Source of the DNA: a virus
Strand: one strand, 5' to 3'
IMG/VR virus record: IMGVR_UViG_3300025168_018236
Location: 2,610-66,609 of that record
DNA length: 64,000 nt
Shown: positions 61,106 through 64,000 of the stretch, piece after piece
Position numbering within the stretch: position 1 is the stretch's first letter
Layout: every line of letters begins with the position of its first letter
The notes under the pieces: generated by a model
The model's database searches: none
What the model saw: the letters and a program-made list of their open reading frames with translations, nothing else
Told to the model about the DNA's origin: nothing
Program-made: the position numbers and the translations under genes

Positions 61106-61834
61106 ATGTCAGATTTCCCATCAACAAGTTTATCAATCGGTCAACAAGTAACCTTTAACAACTCTGTCTTTGAGTGGACAGGTGTTTATTGGAAGGCACT
61201 TGGAACTGTTGCTGCATCAATTGTTGGTGCTACTGGTAATAGTGGTGCAACTGGTGCTGTTGGTGCTACTGGTAATAGTGGTGCTACAGGTGCAGGGGGA
61301 ACCGCAGGCACGACAGGAAACACTGGAGAAACTGGTGCTACTGGGTTTGTTGGTTTAAGAAATGGGTTGACAATTGATGTACTTGGTAGTACACTATCCA
61401 TTGATGAAACAGCAACAATTTCCGTTGCAGGTATTTTAACATCTGGTGCAACCTTTGGTGGAACACTTGGAATGGTTGACAACGATGTAACCCGTGCAAA
61501 CTTTAAAGATTTTTCAGAAACAGTTCACAACAATGGGTCTGTATCGACAACGAGTTTTACTTTTGATTTTGAAAAAGGAAATGTTCAGACTCTCACACAT
61601 TCAGGTGGTGTCGGAACAACTTACGGGTTTGAAAATATCCCAGTCTCCGGGAGAGCAGGATCAATGACTCTAATTGTAAACAACGGGGCATCTGGGGTCA
61701 ATTGGCAGTCCTATGTTAAATGGGCAGGAGGAACAGCACCATCACTTTCATCTGGTACAGATGTCTTAGGATTTATTACAACCACTGCCGGTGCGACCAT
61801 GTTTGGTTTCTTAGGTGGAACTAACTTCTCATGA
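61106..61834 (+). CDS. Short collagen-like fibre protein
   Basis: DFP....GQ......W.G..W N-terminal module, GAT/GNS/GET collagen tract and C-terminal W...VKWAGGTAPSLS..D..F domain. Confidence 0.7.
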   Translation: MSDFPSTSLSIGQQVTFNNSVFEWTGVYWKALGTVAASIVGATGNSGATGAVGATGNSGATGAGGTAGTTGNTGETGATGFVGLRNGLTIDVLGSTLSIDETATISVAGILTSGATFGGTLGMVDNDVTRANFKDFSETVHNNGSVSTTSFTFDFEKGNVQTLTHSGGVGTTYGFENIPVSGRAGSMTLIVNNGASGVNWQSYVKWAGGTAPSLSSGTDVLGFITTTAGATMFGFLGGTNFS

Positions 61835-62640
61835 TCGGTGCAATAAGACCTGTTACATTTGGTGGAGGTGATGTTGAGTTACTCGCTTCGTTCGCTTCAG
61901 GACAGTCTGCTCCCGCAGGTTCATTTTCCATAACTGTTCCAGCACAAACGAAGTATTTTATAATTCGACTGTGGGGTGCTGGTGGTGGAGGTGCTGGATC
62001 TGCCATCGTAACTAATACTGATGGCGATACTGATTTTAATCCCGCATCGGGTGCTGGTGGTGGTCAGCATGTAGAAACTAAATTTGTTCCCGCTGATATA
62101 CAACCCGGAGATCTTTTAAACTTTACCATAGGTGATGGTGGTTTCGGTGGTGGATTGAACGGCAATGGAGGAGATGGAGACAACACATCAATTGATAGTA
62201 TTACCAGAGTGATAAATGGTGTTACTACAGTGATTGAGGAATATGGTAGTCTTACTGCCAAGGGCGGAAACGGGTCACCGGTAAACAGTGGTGCTTTCCC
62301 GCTCGCCGCCCTCGGAGGCGGTCGTTCCCTTGGTCACGGATGGGGAACTATCAACAATGTTCCCGGAAATAATGGTTCGGTTCCAGACTCTTATTCAACA
62401 GGAGACATTGGTGGTGCAGGCGGCACTGCCGGACAAACGGACATAATTGGTCCATTTGCTCAACTCGCAGCAGCGGGAGCGGGTGGAGGATCAGTCTTTG
62501 GTTTATCCCGAGTCCCCGCCCAAGACGGTACATTTCCCGGCGGCGCAGGTGGCGGTGGACATGGATCAACAGTCTTTGCATTAGATCCATCTGGTGGACA
62601 TGGACAAAGAGGTTATATTGAAGTAGAGGCATACGGTTAA
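61831..62640 (+). CDS. Glycine-rich domain virion protein
   Basis: WGAGGGG, GAGGG, IGDGG.GG and PGGAGGGG...GG.G..G motifs of fibre-associated Gly-rich domains. Confidence 0.65.
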   Translation: MIGAIRPVTFGGGDVELLASFASGQSAPAGSFSITVPAQTKYFIIRLWGAGGGGAGSAIVTNTDGDTDFNPASGAGGGQHVETKFVPADIQPGDLLNFTIGDGGFGGGLNGNGGDGDNTSIDSITRVINGVTTVIEEYGSLTAKGGNGSPVNSGAFPLAALGGGRSLGHGWGTINNVPGNNGSVPDSYSTGDIGGAGGTAGQTDIIGPFAQLAAAGAGGGSVFGLSRVPAQDGTFPGGAGGGGHGSTVFALDPSGGHGQRGYIEVEAYG

Positions 62641-62661
62641 TTAATTTAATTAGGAGATAAC

Positions 62662-63099
62662 GTGAAATTTTTTAAAATGACTACACAGGCAGTCGCACCA
62701 AAAAGGGCAACTGCTGGTTCCGCTTGTTATGATTTGTATTCTTGTGTTGGTCCGGACGGACTGACGATCAATCCCGGAGAAAGAAAAGCAATTCCGACTG
62801 GAATTGTATTGGAGATTCCTGAGCAACATGTTGTAAAGGTATTTGCAAGATCCGGACTATCATATAAAAAAGGAATAACGCTGGCGAACTGTGTCGGGAT
62901 TATAGATCACGACTACAGGGAAGAGTTGTATATTCTATTACATAATACAAGTAATGAATCATATAAAATTGAACATGGTGAACGAGTCGCACAGATGTTA
63001 CTAGAAAAAGTTTTAAACTATGAACTACTTGAAACTCATGAAAAACCTGCTACAATAGAGACACGCAACGGCGGCATTGGGAGTACCGGTAATGATTGA
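62662..63099 (+). CDS. dut: Trimeric dUTPase
   Basis: SACYDL, ARSGL, GIIDHDYR, GERVAQ and R.GG.GSTG motifs; GTG start after AGGAG. Confidence 0.95.
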   Translation: MKFFKMTTQAVAPKRATAGSACYDLYSCVGPDGLTINPGERKAIPTGIVLEIPEQHVVKVFARSGLSYKKGITLANCVGIIDHDYREELYILLHNTSNESYKIEHGERVAQMLLEKVLNYELLETHEKPATIETRNGGIGSTGND

Positions 63100-64000
63100 T
63101 CCAAATAAAATTTTAGTAACAGGCGGTGGTGGTTTGGTTGGTTCTTGTGTAACAGGAACCCACAAACCCCGATCAAGTGAAGTTGATCTCATGAACTACG
63201 ATGAGATTGATTTATATATTCGTGATAATAATATTGAATACGTTATTCACTGTGCGGCGAGAGTCGGCGGTGTCAAAGAGAACTCAGAAAAACTAGGAGA
63301 GTTCTTCTATCAGAATATGCAGATGAACCTCAATTTACTTGAGGCATGTAGGGTGAATAATGTTAAGAAGGTAGTCTCGACACTAACCACTTGCATCTTC
63401 CCTGCCGAGGCAACATACCCACTCACATATGATCAACTCCATAACGGAGAACCACATGAATCAAACTATGGTTATGCATATGCCAAGAGGATGTTGGAAA
63501 TCAACTCTAGAGCATACCGAGATCAGTATGGGATGAATATTGTAAATGTTATTCCATGTAACGTATATGGTCCGAGAGATAATTTTAATGTTCAAGAAGG
63601 ACACGTTGTTCCCGGTCTAATTAATAAAGCGTATCATGCAAAATGGAGTGGATCACCTCTCCAAGTATGGGGTGATGGTTCTCCACTCAGGGAGTTTTTA
63701 TACTCTGAAGATCTTGGGAAGATCATGGACTGGGTTCTACATAACTACAATGATACAGAACCACTAATTATTTCTCCAGATGAAGAGATTTCTATAGGAC
63801 ATGTTGCCGAAAAACTGTCGAGTATCTATGATATAAATGAATTAGTTTTTCAAAGTGACATGCCGTTGGGTCAGATGAGAAAACCATCAGACAACTCTAG
63901 ACTAAAAAGTTTAATTGAGTTTCAGTTTACACCATTTGATGTGGGTTTAGAAAAGACAGTATCGTGGTTTAATGATAATTATGAAAGTGCCAGAAAATGA
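63092..64000 (+). CDS. fcl: GDP-L-fucose synthase (epimerase/reductase)
   Basis: VTGGGGLVG, AARVGG, TCIFP, N.GYAYAKR, P.NVYG..DNF, WG.G.PLREF motifs; ends in TGA at 63998-64000. Confidence 0.93.
   Translation: MIDPNKILVTGGGGLVGSCVTGTHKPRSSEVDLMNYDEIDLYIRDNNIEYVIHCAARVGGVKENSEKLGEFFYQNMQMNLNLLEACRVNNVKKVVSTLTTCIFPAEATYPLTYDQLHNGEPHESNYGYAYAKRMLEINSRAYRDQYGMNIVNVIPCNVYGPRDNFNVQEGHVVPGLINKAYHAKWSGSPLQVWGDGSPLREFLYSEDLGKIMDWVLHNYNDTEPLIISPDEEISIGHVAEKLSSIYDINELVFQSDMPLGQMRKPSDNSRLKSLIEFQFTPFDVGLEKTVSWFNDNYESARK

Noticed and set aside
126-62632. Numerous minus-strand and alternate-frame ORFs (e.g. 17026-17772, 58533-59111)
   Set aside because: They overlap well-supported plus-strand genes and show no recognisable motifs, so they are treated as shadow ORFs.
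1-64000. Stop-codon reassignment, since TAG is rare
   Set aside because: Conserved genes are full-length in code 11, and TAG ends gp62 (48231) and the ORFs ending at 51754 and 55208 at sensible positions.
1-64000. tRNA or other structured RNA genes
   Set aside because: Intergenic gaps are all under ~90 nt and I saw no cloverleaf signatures in them.

Overview
This window is a 64-kb, entirely plus-strand, gene-dense segment of a large T4-like myovirus resembling marine T4-like phages. Gene order: collagen-like fibre, beta-helix protein, PAAR, baseplate (gp25, gp6, gp7-like, gp8), VrlC-like protein, neck/tail/packaging/head genes (gp13-gp23, gp3), then uvsY-uvsW-gp55-gp47-gp46, a Dam-type methylase, a pyrimidine-dimer glycosylase, galE, RNase H and gp45-gp44-gp62-regA. 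After regA comes an ~8.8-kb glycosylation island (GT25, 2x GT11, 2x GT10, GT7/GT2-like, GT2, GT2-TPR, a StrG-like dioxygenase, a short DegT-type aminotransferase). It abuts Thr-rich collagen-like fibre genes, dUTPase and GDP-L-fucose synthase. The best candidate for a novel system is a phage-encoded fucose/galactose glycosylation pathway acting on virion proteins, many of which look enriched in G-x-T tripeptides. Other notable signals are a Planctomycete-style dockerin-like tandem inserted in the gp7-like baseplate protein, apparent avoidance of RGCY and CCWGG sites, and a degenerate late-promoter consensus (TA[A/G/C]ATA). All calls come from motif recognition and synteny by eye; no database searches or counts were run.
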